Part shown: positions 9,634-19,586 of the stretch, in pieces
Numbering within the stretch: position 1 is the first letter of the stretch
How the letters are laid out: each line of letters opens with the position of its first letter
Origin: Chloroflexota bacterium
GTDB taxonomy: Bacteria > Chloroflexota > Anaerolineae > Aggregatilineales > Phototrophicaceae
Direction: 5' to 3'
Assembly: GCA_033763755.1 (NCBI GenBank)
Contig: JANRJX010000075.1
Span: 47,548-111,547, forward strand
DNA length: 64,000 nt
Notes under the pieces: model-generated
Seen by the model: the letters and a program-made list of their open reading frames with translations, nothing else
Told to the model about the DNA's origin: nothing
Databases searched by the model: none
Made by a program: the position numbers and the translations under genes

Positions 9634-10701
9634 GTGAAGTTCAAGCATGCTTTCCTCCTTTGTCTACTCGTGTTGTTGTCCAATCTCGGACACGACGTCA
9701 AGGCACAATCAGAATGTACAGCAGTGGTTCGGGATGCCATCGCTATCATCGGTCAGACATGTATTGCTACCGGGCGTAATCAGGTCTGTCATGGCTACTT
9801 TCGCGTTGAAGTGAAACCGACCATCGGTCAGCCAATGATTCCTTTTGCCGTCGGCGATGTCGCTGATCTGGACGCCATAAGCACCCTCCATACCTATCCT
9901 ATGAATATGGCTAGTGGGGAATGGGGGGTCGCCCTGATGCAGGTGCAAGCAAACCTGCCGGATGTATTGCCCGGTCAGAATGTGACGTTTTTGCTGATGG
10001 GCGATACGAGCGTGACCGAAAGTTTTGATGCGCCGCGTTTTACCCCGATGCAGGCGATTCGATTGGAGACAGGTGTAGCAGGTGTCTCATGTGAAGGTGT
10101 GCCAACAAATGGTCTCCTGATCCAAACTCCGCGCGGCGCACAGGAAGTCAAACTGCTTGTTAACGGTGTCGAGATCACGATGGCTGGTACTGCATTTGTG
10201 GAGGCGGTTCCCGGCGAGGATATGACCGTAACCAGTATTGCCGGCAATGTTTCAGTGTCAGTTGGAGAAGACACACAGATGATCGCCCCGCAAGCGCAGG
10301 TGACTATTCCCATGAGTCCTGATCTTGTGCCTGTAGGTAGTCCTAGCTTCCCTGTAGCGACCGGAACAGACTATACGATGCTTATACCTTCAGGCGACAT
10401 AGGCACTACGGCTGTCCAGTCACCTGTTGAAGATAGCGTTCCTGAAGTTATCTCTACCCCCACAAACGATCAGGCGGGACCAGCTGTCGTAACAAATACT
10501 GCGAGTACCAGCGGTTCAGAGACCGTCGAATCAGACTCTTCATCCTCCCCTGCTGCGGATGGTGTCCTGGTAGTCTTGTGGCAGATTATCTCCGGGAATG
10601 GTCCTGTAGTTGTGATAGTGATCGTCATTGTAGCGCTTATCTTGATAGTCATTTACGCACTGGTACGCCGATTGGTTGAACGCCTGCAAGATAGCGTTTA
10701 G
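9634..10701 (+). CDS. Exported, C-terminally membrane-anchored hypothetical protein
   Basis: Signal peptide from GTG 9634 (VKFKHAFLLCLLVLLSNLGHDVKAQS); the longest ORF starts at 9544. The central part is beta-rich and weakly FecR-like (LLVNGVEITMAGTAFVEAVPGEDMTVTSIAGNVSVSV). A Ser/Thr-rich stalk precedes a C-terminal TM helix (VVVIVIVIVALILIVIYALV). Confidence 0.5.
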   Translation: MKFKHAFLLCLLVLLSNLGHDVKAQSECTAVVRDAIAIIGQTCIATGRNQVCHGYFRVEVKPTIGQPMIPFAVGDVADLDAISTLHTYPMNMASGEWGVALMQVQANLPDVLPGQNVTFLLMGDTSVTESFDAPRFTPMQAIRLETGVAGVSCEGVPTNGLLIQTPRGAQEVKLLVNGVEITMAGTAFVEAVPGEDMTVTSIAGNVSVSVGEDTQMIAPQAQVTIPMSPDLVPVGSPSFPVATGTDYTMLIPSGDIGTTAVQSPVEDSVPEVISTPTNDQAGPAVVTNTASTSGSETVESDSSSSPAADGVLVVLWQIISGNGPVVVIVIVIVALILIVIYALVRRLVERLQDSV

Positions 10702-10793
10702 CTGTTTTGTGAAGCTTTAACAATTTCCCTGACGTTCTTTAACATTTTGCGTTATCCTCTGCCCATCCAAGGATGGACAGCAGGAGCAAACTC

Positions 10794-12146
10794 GTGAAAC
10801 GTATTGCGCTCGTTTTGAGCCTCATCGTGTCGCTGGCGCTGGGCATCGCGCCACTCGCCGCACAAGACCGCCCAATCCAGATCGAAATGGTGCATATCTT
10901 CGGCAGTGAACAGGACAGCCGTGTTGAAGTGATCCAGGCAGCAGCCGATGCGTTCATGGCGGCGAACCCGGATGTGCAGGTTACATTGTCTTCACCCAGC
11001 ACCGATTACACCGAACTGTTTAACGGTGCATTGCTGGCAGCCGGTCAGGGCAGCGCGCCAGAAGTTGTGCTGGTCGAAGAAGGGTTGACACAGCTTGCAT
11101 ACGACTCACAGTTGTTCCTGGCGATTGAAGATCTCGCGAGCGTTGAACAGATTGCGTCGCTGGAGGATGTGCTGCCGTCGCTGCTCAACTTCTATCGCAT
11201 TGACGGCAAGCTGTGGTCGATGCCCTGGAATGCCAGCAACCCGATCCTCTATTACAATCGGGGGATGTTTGAGGCGGCTGGGCTCGATCCCGACGCTCCT
11301 CCTGTGACTTTTGAGGAAATCCTGACTGCCTGTGCCGCGATCATGGCACTGCCGGACGATACACGCCCAAGCGCTGGCTGCATCAACTGGCCCATGAGTA
11401 CCTGGTTCTTCGAGCAGTGGGTCGCAATGCAGAACGGTCTGTTTGTAAACAACGATAACGGGCGCATGGCACGCGCGACGGAAGTCCTGTTCACATCGCC
11501 GGAGATGACGCGCGCGGTCGATTGGTTCACCGAGTTGAGCGCCAATGGCTACTTTACATACAGTGGCACGGCGAACGATTTCAATGGCGAAGGTCAGGCA
11601 TTCCTCGGCGGTTCGACCGCGATGACGATCAACAGTACGGCGGGCATTTCGCTCTTCCAACGCTTCTCGGGCGTGTTTGGCGTTGATCTCGGTATTGCGG
11701 CGCTGCCGACACCCGGCGCGGACGCGACTAATGGCGGCACGGTCGGCGGCGGTAGCCTGTGGGTGACAGCGGGGCATACCGATGAAGAGACGCAGGCGGC
11801 TGTGAATTTCATCTTCTTCCTGACGGATACCGCGCAGGATATGGCATGGCACCAGGGCAGCGGCTACTTCCCAATCCGCCAGAGTTCGATTGACCAACTG
11901 ACGACGGATGGCTGGTTTGACGAGAACCCGGCCTTCGGCATCGCGCTCGAGCAACTACAGGCGCAAGCGGGCAATGTTGCCAACGCAGGCGCGGTCATCG
12001 GTCCCGCGCCGGAAGTGCGCGGTGCATTGATTGCAGCGCTGCAATCGATCGTTGATCAAGGTGAAGACCCGGCGGCGGCGCTGGAAGCGGCGAAGGCGCA
12101 GGCAGACGCAGCGCTGGTGGATTACAACGCTGCGGTTGGCGGCTGA
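10794..12146 (+). CDS. ABC transporter substrate-binding protein (family 1, UgpB/sugar type)
   Basis: Signal peptide VKRIALVLSLIVSLALGIAPLAAQD, with AGGAG 7 nt before GTG 10794 (longest ORF from 10773). The length and pattern fit CUT1 solute-binding proteins, and two permease genes follow. Confidence 0.85.
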   Translation: MKRIALVLSLIVSLALGIAPLAAQDRPIQIEMVHIFGSEQDSRVEVIQAAADAFMAANPDVQVTLSSPSTDYTELFNGALLAAGQGSAPEVVLVEEGLTQLAYDSQLFLAIEDLASVEQIASLEDVLPSLLNFYRIDGKLWSMPWNASNPILYYNRGMFEAAGLDPDAPPVTFEEILTACAAIMALPDDTRPSAGCINWPMSTWFFEQWVAMQNGLFVNNDNGRMARATEVLFTSPEMTRAVDWFTELSANGYFTYSGTANDFNGEGQAFLGGSTAMTINSTAGISLFQRFSGVFGVDLGIAALPTPGADATNGGTVGGGSLWVTAGHTDEETQAAVNFIFFLTDTAQDMAWHQGSGYFPIRQSSIDQLTTDGWFDENPAFGIALEQLQAQAGNVANAGAVIGPAPEVRGALIAALQSIVDQGEDPAAALEAAKAQADAALVDYNAAVGG

Positions 12147-13549
12147 TGTCCGCTGCGCTGGAACGCTTGGGCGGGCGAACGGCGCTGGTGCTCGTCGCGG
12201 CGTTTGCTCTGTGGTTCACTATAAGCGAGTGGGCGGGCGTCCAGCGCTTCATCACCTGGTTTGTGGCAGGGGTGGGCGCGTTGCCCATCTCTCTGCAGAC
12301 GGTCGCTGCCTATTACACCGCCACGCCGTTTAGCCAACTGCTGCCGTCGCTCATCATCGGTGCTTTGGTGGGAGCATTTGTGTACGTAATGGCAGGACGT
12401 CTCCTGTCCACGAATAAACGGGCAGCATACGTCCTGCCTCTACAACTGATCGTTGGAGCGCTGCTGGGTCTGGTGGGCGGGCAGTTGTTCGGTTACATCA
12501 CTCAGCACTGCACTTATGCGCCGGATGCTGGTGTTGGCGTTGGGATTGCCGGACTGGTGCTGACAGGCCTGATGGCGGCTGCGTTGCCCGCGCTCGTAGC
12601 CAATCTGACGCGGTTGCGCGACTCACAGGTTAGCAACGCGGGTTACTTCAAAAGCCCGCTGCTGCCGTATCTGCTGCTCGTGCCAACGCTGCTCAGTTTG
12701 CTTCTGTTCCTGTACTATCCGAGCATTCAGACCGTCTCTCTGTCGCTGACATCGCGTCGCTTTCCGCTGCCGCAAGAGCGCTTCGTCTGTCTGAATAACT
12801 ATGTCACACTAGCGGGAGATGCGATCTACCAGAATGCCTTTGTGACGACGCTGCTGATTACAGTACTGATTGTGCTTTTCAGTCTGGCGGTATCGCTGGC
12901 GATTGCAGTGCTGGCATCGCAAAAGCTGCGCGGTGCAACGGTCTATCGGACGCTGCTGATCTGGCCGTTTGCGCTGTCGCCGGTGGTGGCGGGTACGGTC
13001 TTTCTGGCTATGTTCCGTGAAGGCGGCGGCGGGCTGATCAACTTCTTCACCGGCGCGCTCTTTGGTGTCGAACCGAACTGGCTGCGCGATGCGTCGCTGG
13101 CACGTTTCGTTGTGGTGCTGGCGTCGGTGTGGAATATCCTTGGCTTTAACATTCTGTTTTACATCGCCGGATTGCAGAACGTGCCGAAGGATTTATTGGA
13201 GGCAGCCGCTATTGACGGCGCGAATCTGGTGCAGCGCTTCTGGCGTATTACGTTTCCGCTGCTCGCGCCGTTCACATTCTTTTTGCTTGTGACCAATGTC
13301 ACCTATTCATTCTATGGCGTGTACGGCGCGGTTGATACGCTGACACAGGGCGGTCCGCCAATGGGACCGGCGGGTAGTTTGGGTGGCGCAACCGACGTGT
13401 TGATCTACAAGCTGTATGAGGATGCGTTCAATCCTGGGAGTCCGGCGGGGCTGGCTGCCGCGCAAGCACTGGTGCTGTTTGTGCTCGTGGCGGGGATCAC
13501 ACTGCTGCAATTCCGTTATGTCGAACAGCGGATTACGTACAGCGAATAG
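12146..13549 (+). CDS. ABC transporter permease (MalF/UgpA type) with an N-terminal extension of about 165 aa
   Basis: EAA loop EAAAIDGANLVQRFWRITFPLL. TGATG stop/start overlap with the SBP gene. The N-terminal extension adds about five hydrophobic helices. Confidence 0.85.
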   Translation: MSAALERLGGRTALVLVAAFALWFTISEWAGVQRFITWFVAGVGALPISLQTVAAYYTATPFSQLLPSLIIGALVGAFVYVMAGRLLSTNKRAAYVLPLQLIVGALLGLVGGQLFGYITQHCTYAPDAGVGVGIAGLVLTGLMAAALPALVANLTRLRDSQVSNAGYFKSPLLPYLLLVPTLLSLLLFLYYPSIQTVSLSLTSRRFPLPQERFVCLNNYVTLAGDAIYQNAFVTTLLITVLIVLFSLAVSLAIAVLASQKLRGATVYRTLLIWPFALSPVVAGTVFLAMFREGGGGLINFFTGALFGVEPNWLRDASLARFVVVLASVWNILGFNILFYIAGLQNVPKDLLEAAAIDGANLVQRFWRITFPLLAPFTFFLLVTNVTYSFYGVYGAVDTLTQGGPPMGPAGSLGGATDVLIYKLYEDAFNPGSPAGLAAAQALVLFVLVAGITLLQFRYVEQRITYSE

Positions 13550-13572
13550 GTGTTTGGGGTTGGAGTTCACAC

Positions 13573-14430
13573 ATGGAAGCTTCATCGCAATCGACTCCGC
13601 AAATGAATAGTAAAACGCGCTGGGGGGCACATCTGGCGTTGATATTCGTGTGCTTTGTCATGTGCATCCCTGCGCTGTATGCATTGCAAGTCGCCACACT
13701 CGACATCGCGCAGGCGTTCCTTGCGCCACCGCAGTTGTTCCCACCCGGCAGCGATCTCCTGAACAATATTGGCACGCTTTTCGGGCGCAACAACTTTGGT
13801 GGATTGATCGCCAATACGGTCATCGTCGGGGCAGCCGTCGTCGTCGGCAAGACGGTGCTGGCACTGCTGGCGGGGTTGGCGTTCGTCTATTTTCGCTTTC
13901 CGGGCAAAACCGTTCTCTTCTTCGCCGTGCTGCTGACGCTGCTTCTTCCGACCGAGATCATTCTGCTGCCGCTGTATCGCATGATGGCGGAACTAGGGTG
14001 GGGCGAAAACAATCCGCGTCTGGCGCTGACCATTCCGTTTCTGGCGACGGCAACCGGGGCGTTTCTGTTTCGCCAGCACTTCAGTAACATTCCGCGTGAA
14101 CTGGCGGAAGCCGCGCAGATTGACGGCGCGACGCCTGTGCGCTTTCTGTTCAGTGTGCTGATCCCGATGTCGTGGAACGTGATCGTTGCGCACGCGCTGA
14201 TCCAGTTTATCTCCAGTTGGAATCAATATCTGTGGCCCGTATTGATCGTGCAGGATCAGGCGCAGCAGGTGATTCAGGTGGGGGTGCGCGCTTCCGTCAA
14301 TCAGGGGACGCAAACGGACTTCGGGGTGCTGATGGCGGCGGGGATTGTAGCGTCGCTGCCGCCGCTCATTTTATTCATCGCGATGCAGAAGCAGTTTATG
14401 AGTGGCTTTGCGGTGACGCGGGATAAATAA
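13573..14430 (+). CDS. ABC transporter permease (MalG/UgpE type)
   Basis: 285-aa ORF with EAA loop EAAQIDGATPVRFLFSVLIP and 6 TM segments. Confidence 0.85.
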   Translation: MEASSQSTPQMNSKTRWGAHLALIFVCFVMCIPALYALQVATLDIAQAFLAPPQLFPPGSDLLNNIGTLFGRNNFGGLIANTVIVGAAVVVGKTVLALLAGLAFVYFRFPGKTVLFFAVLLTLLLPTEIILLPLYRMMAELGWGENNPRLALTIPFLATATGAFLFRQHFSNIPRELAEAAQIDGATPVRFLFSVLIPMSWNVIVAHALIQFISSWNQYLWPVLIVQDQAQQVIQVGVRASVNQGTQTDFGVLMAAGIVASLPPLILFIAMQKQFMSGFAVTRDK

Positions 14431-14431
14431 A

Positions 14432-14452
14432 GGGGTGCGTCTGGCGCACCCC
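14432..14452. terminator. Bidirectional stem-loop between the convergent permease and lyase genes
   Basis: ggggtgcg-tctgg-cgcacccc forms an 8-bp GC stem. It is flanked by A-run/T-run sequence (ataaataaa ... aaaacc). Confidence 0.6.
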
Positions 14453-14476
14453 AAAACCAAAGACCAAATATATAGC

Positions 14477-15895
<1,419 letters not shown>

Positions 15896-16115
15896 GAGTA
15901 GGGGTCTCCATGAAGAAAACAATACACACTGGCTGCTATTTTACCGCACTGAGATGAGGAACAGCACAGGACGATCATCATGGATTGCAGTCAAGAATGT
16001 CAGTACTGCTTTGTCGAACTTCAGGCATTTTCTGTCATATAGAGATGCAACCAATAGCACCGCTTACGCGTATTCATGTCAAGACAGTGGATAATGATTT
16101 GCTGAGGGGGTCTCG

Positions 16116-16319
16116 ATGACGATTGTGACAGCACCGATCAAACTCTTGTGGCACATGCTGAGCCGATTGTTGGAAGCGGTTGGGCGGCTGCTGGCAGTCG
16201 TGATTGGCATATTGTGTCTTGTGACAGGTGTGCTGCTGACCATGACCATCGTTGGCGCGATTATCGGGATTCCGTTGGGGGTGTTTGGCGGCTTGCTGAC
16301 CTTGCGCGGGCTGTTTTAA
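16116..16319 (+). CDS. Small hydrophobic membrane protein (67 aa)
   Basis: GAGGGGG lies 5 nt upstream of the ATG. Two TM segments (LLAVVIGILCLVTGVLLTM, IVGAIIGIPLGVFGGLLTL), followed by a terminator hairpin. Confidence 0.5.
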   Translation: MTIVTAPIKLLWHMLSRLLEAVGRLLAVVIGILCLVTGVLLTMTIVGAIIGIPLGVFGGLLTLRGLF

Positions 16320-16334
16320 CGCTGTAAACGAAAG

Positions 16335-16357
16335 TGCCGCCCAATCGCTGGGCGGCA
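16335..16357. terminator. Bidirectional rho-independent-type terminator
   Basis: tgccgccca-atcgc-tgggcggca forms a 9-bp stem. It is flanked by aaa on the 5' side and ttt on the 3' side, between convergent genes. Confidence 0.65.
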
Positions 16358-16381
16358 TTTACTGCAAAACCGTAGTAGCGG

Positions 16382-17092
16382 CTATTCCTTGTCTTCCACC
16401 GCAACATATACACCATCGCTGGCGCGCACAACCTGGTCGCGCTTTTGCGTAGGTGCATTGTGCATATCATCCCTGCTGGTGTAAGAAACGTCCTCGGTGC
16501 TGTCCACATGCTGCGCCTGCGGGAGATACAGCTCCGCTGCATCATCACCACTGTTATCACCCCAGGCGATCCGGTTGACATCGAGCGCTTCATTGGCAAA
16601 CAGCACCGCGCGTGCGTTTTCGATGCGGTCATCTTCCACATCGACCACCACCAAGGCACCACCGCGCTTGAGGATGTCCTGATAGCTGGCAACATCACGC
16701 TCGTCGAGTCCGGTGTGGATCAGTCCTGCGACAACACCGCCTGTTACCGCGCCGCTGGCAGCGCCAATACCCGCAATCAGTGCCGCCGCGAACGGACCAA
16801 GCGCAAGTACAGGGCCGATGCCAGGGATGAGCGCGACACCCAACCCAACTGCTGTACCAACCACAGCGCCGAAGCCCGCTCCTTCACCTGCTTTGACATC
16901 TTCATCATCCGATATGGCAAGCTGCTCTGCCATATGAGGGCGATATTCTGCCAGCCCTTCGCTGTACTGCCCGTTGCGGTCGCCCGCGATCAGGCTGATT
17001 TGTGAGCGTGCAACGCCGTTTGCCGCGAGATCATCAACGGCGCGATTGGCGGCTTCATAGTTTTCAAATTGTGCTAAAAGACGTTGTGACAT
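16382..17092 (-). CDS. General stress protein 17M/YflT-like domain protein with a glycine-zipper membrane segment
   Basis: N-terminus MSQRLLAQFENYEAANRAVDDLAANGV...ISLIAGD is YflT-like. The Gly/Ala-rich hydrophobic core (GAGFGAVVGTAVGLGVALIPGIGPVLALGPFAAALIAGIGAASGAVTGGVVAGLI) is followed by a second small alpha/beta domain. Confidence 0.6.
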   Translation of the reverse strand: MSQRLLAQFENYEAANRAVDDLAANGVARSQISLIAGDRNGQYSEGLAEYRPHMAEQLAISDDEDVKAGEGAGFGAVVGTAVGLGVALIPGIGPVLALGPFAAALIAGIGAASGAVTGGVVAGLIHTGLDERDVASYQDILKRGGALVVVDVEDDRIENARAVLFANEALDVNRIAWGDNSGDDAAELYLPQAQHVDSTEDVSYTSRDDMHNAPTQKRDQVVRASDGVYVAVEDKE

Positions 17093-17192
17093 GGTGAACT
17101 CCTATTCGTGACAGTTGTCAGGATAGTAGGGGTTCACATAATCACAGAGGACTATTTTACCTATTTTGGGGTAGGTCAGACGTAGTCCTCGT

Positions 17193-18362
17193 CTAAATCA
17201 CCCGCACCAGCGTGCCGACACTGGCAAAGTCAAACCACCATGCCGCCTCATCTACAGGCAGGTTAACACAGCCGTGACTCATCGGGCGACCAAAGCTGTT
17301 GTGCCAGTATGTGCCATGTATGGCATAGCCTTGATAGAAGTACATCGTGTACGGCACTTGCGGCAGGAAGTAATCAGGACCGCTCATGTCGTCCGCTTCC
17401 AGCTTGATGTAGATGCGATAGTCGCCTAACACAGTCGGCGTTTCCGGTCGTCCGGTCGAAACCAGATGCGAGCGCACAAACTGCCCGTTCTCGTAAGCAT
17501 AGATGCGCTGATCGCCTGTTGAAACAACAATCGCACGTCCTTCGCCCAATGGGGTAGCCGGAGCGTCTGCCGCATTCGGCTGGTAAATCCCGGGTGCGGG
17601 AATGCGCAATTCCTGCCCGACAAACAGCAAGTCGGGATTACTGAGCGCGTTGATCTGCACAATATCGGTCATGGCGACATTATACTGGCGCGCAATCAAG
17701 CCCAGTTCCTCTCCAGGTTGTACCAGGTGGGTGCTGAGTTCGCCGTTGTAGTCAATCGTCGCTTCGGGCGCGGGCGGCTCGACGACCATCATATCGAGTT
17801 CCAGGACTCCGTCTACCAGTTCGCTCGTCGGGTCTATCCGCAGCCGATCCAGCGTGACCGGAATTTCCATCGCGCGCCCGTTATGCGGCGCGATCGCAGG
17901 AATGTTGGCAAGAGTGCTCAAATTGAGCAATGACGTCTGCGTTTGCGTCAAATCAATCGTGTAGTATGGCGTGATGGTGGCATTGCGCTCGGCACGCAGC
18001 GCTTCGCTGACGGCGCGCTCCACATCCACACGCACACCTAGCTCGTCCAGCGTCATGAACCACTGACGATCCTGATCTACTACTGTTACAGGGCGTGCTG
18101 CCAGTTCTGCCACCGCCGCGCGCACATCCGCTTCGTCAGCGCCACTGACGCTCATGCTCGCAATACTTACACCCTGCGCCACGCGGACAGGTGAAAGCGC
18201 CAGCAGCGATAGCAGCACTATCCCTGCCATAATGATGGAAGCGCCAATAATGGCTGCCCCGCCCGCGATGAGCCAGGGCATGACCGTGCGCCGCTTGCGT
18301 GCAGCGATAGCGCGCCGCGGCAGTCGGGGTGGAATAGGGGGTTGCGGAAGGGTGCGCTGCAT
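17193..18362 (-). CDS. L,D-transpeptidase (YkuD domain) with LysM domain and N-terminal membrane anchor
   Basis: YkuD catalytic motif IHGTYWHNSFGRPMSHGCVNLP. LysM-like segment HLVQPGEELGLIARQYNVAMTDIVQINALSNPDLLFVGQELRIP. TM helix WLIAGGAAIIGASIIMAGIVLLSLLAL. Start set at ATG 18362; the longest ORF starts at TTG 18395. Confidence 0.85.
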   Translation of the reverse strand: MQRTLPQPPIPPRLPRRAIAARKRRTVMPWLIAGGAAIIGASIIMAGIVLLSLLALSPVRVAQGVSIASMSVSGADEADVRAAVAELAARPVTVVDQDRQWFMTLDELGVRVDVERAVSEALRAERNATITPYYTIDLTQTQTSLLNLSTLANIPAIAPHNGRAMEIPVTLDRLRIDPTSELVDGVLELDMMVVEPPAPEATIDYNGELSTHLVQPGEELGLIARQYNVAMTDIVQINALSNPDLLFVGQELRIPAPGIYQPNAADAPATPLGEGRAIVVSTGDQRIYAYENGQFVRSHLVSTGRPETPTVLGDYRIYIKLEADDMSGPDYFLPQVPYTMYFYQGYAIHGTYWHNSFGRPMSHGCVNLPVDEAAWWFDFASVGTLVRVI

Positions 18363-18472
18363 GATGCCTCTGGAGAACTTAGTCACAAACTTCAAACGTT
18401 AAAACGCCAGAATTTGTTCCAGTGTACACCCGTTCGCATGTGCGGGGCGCCCCCCTAAAAGTGGTGATTACC

Positions 18473-19468
18473 CTACGCCTTAGGTGAAGACGAAATGCCG
18501 AGTCGCTTCATTTCGTATGGCAATAGCTCACGCATTCCAGCTTCCAGCGAGCGCGGGTTGTAACCCAGTTCGCGCTTCGCTTTCGCATTGCTGCCGATGT
18601 ATGTGGCGTTCATGCTGCGGAGCGTTTCGCTCGCGAACATCTCTGGCATCGGCACCACTTTCTCGACAACGCCCATCACGCCCGCCATGAGCGACACCAT
18701 CCCTGCGCCTGCGCGCATTCCCGGCGCTCGCACACCTGTGATGCGTTCTGCAAGGGCAATCGCCTCTTCCATGCGCGCGATTTCGCCGCAGATGATATAG
18801 CTTTCGCCCACCTTGCCCTTTTCCATCGCCAGAATATGCCCTTCTACAATGTCATCGACATGTGCCCAGGCATATGCCGCGACGGTCGGCAGCATCGGCA
18901 ATTTACCTTGCAGGTATTGCCCCATCGTTTCGCCTGCCAGACTGGTATCCCCCGGTCCGTAGACCAGTCCCGGCTGTACAATCACCAGTGGCAATCCGGC
19001 GCGCATCATCGGTACTGCCACATCAAAATGCGCCAGTGACTTGGTGCGGTCATATTCACTGTCGAAATGAGCAGGGGGAGCAATCGTCTCGTCGGCAATC
19101 TTGCCGTGCGTGTTGCCGTAAATCGCCAACGTGCTGGTGTAAACACCTTTGGGTATCTGCAACTCGCGCATGACCTCCAGCACATTGCGCGTGCCATTGA
19201 CGTTGATGTCATGTGCCATCGTCTTGTCACGCGCGCCGACTTTGTACCAGGCTGCGACATGAAAGACACCATCCACGCCTGTCATCGGGGCGCGCAGCGT
19301 TTCTTTTTCGGTAATGTCACCTTTGTGAACTTCGATGCCGAGTTCACGCAGATCGCCCGCTTTACCCGGATTGCGCGCAATCGTGACGACGGTATGCCCA
19401 CGTTTGACAAGCTCACGTGCCAGCTTGCCGCCGATAAATCCGGTTGCACCCGTTACAAAGTACTTCAT
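18473..19468 (-). CDS. NAD-dependent epimerase/dehydratase family protein (extended SDR)
   Basis: Rossmann motif MKYFVTGATGFIGGKLAREL. 331 aa with an extended-SDR pattern (dihydroflavonol-reductase/HpnA-like). Confidence 0.8.
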   Translation of the reverse strand: MKYFVTGATGFIGGKLARELVKRGHTVVTIARNPGKAGDLRELGIEVHKGDITEKETLRAPMTGVDGVFHVAAWYKVGARDKTMAHDINVNGTRNVLEVMRELQIPKGVYTSTLAIYGNTHGKIADETIAPPAHFDSEYDRTKSLAHFDVAVPMMRAGLPLVIVQPGLVYGPGDTSLAGETMGQYLQGKLPMLPTVAAYAWAHVDDIVEGHILAMEKGKVGESYIICGEIARMEEAIALAERITGVRAPGMRAGAGMVSLMAGVMGVVEKVVPMPEMFASETLRSMNATYIGSNAKAKRELGYNPRSLEAGMRELLPYEMKRLGISSSPKA

Positions 19469-19494
19469 ATATCCCCTCTTTCGGTAAACGCCAA

Positions 19495-19542
19495 GACGCC
19501 ATGGACGCCAAGAAATGATTCCTACTTGGCGTCCATGGCGTC
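19495..19542 (-). terminator. Perfect 18-bp stem-loop between the SAF oxidoreductase and SDR genes
   Basis: gacgccatggacgccaag (19495-19512), a 12-nt loop, then cttggcgtccatggcgtc (19525-19542). On the minus strand it is followed by ttggcgttt. Confidence 0.6.
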
Positions 19543-19586
19543 CTAGCGTTTCTGATTGACTAACACATTATGGCGCGAATTTGTGG

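Noticed and set aside
11106-11954. Long antisense ORFs inside confidently called genes. Examples: 11106..11954(-), 14876..15901(+), 20265..20954(+), 32033..32779(+), 37392..38066(-), 39309..40016(-), 55350..56174(-), 56253..57200(-).
   Set aside because: The translations are Arg/His/Ala/Cys-rich without motifs. Each lies fully antisense to a gene with clear family signatures, which is the typical shadow-ORF artefact of high-GC coding DNA.
10794-14430. Absence of ATPase genes in the two CUT1 ABC operons (10794..14430 and 42463..45601), considered as an anomaly.
   Set aside because: CUT1 sugar importers in many Gram-positive-type and Chloroflexota genomes share a separately encoded MsiK/MalK-type ATPase. 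This is therefore not unusual.
16074-16358. A 94-aa minus-strand ORF overlapping the 67-aa small membrane ORF.
   Set aside because: Its translation is Gln/His/Pro-rich without features. The plus-strand ORF has a GAGGGGG RBS, two clear TM helices and a terminator directly downstream.
18443-18452. GGGGCGCCCC palindrome between the L,D-transpeptidase and SDR genes, considered as a terminator.
   Set aside because: The self-complementary 10-mer leaves only a 2-nt loop. It cannot form a stable hairpin and has no T-tract.
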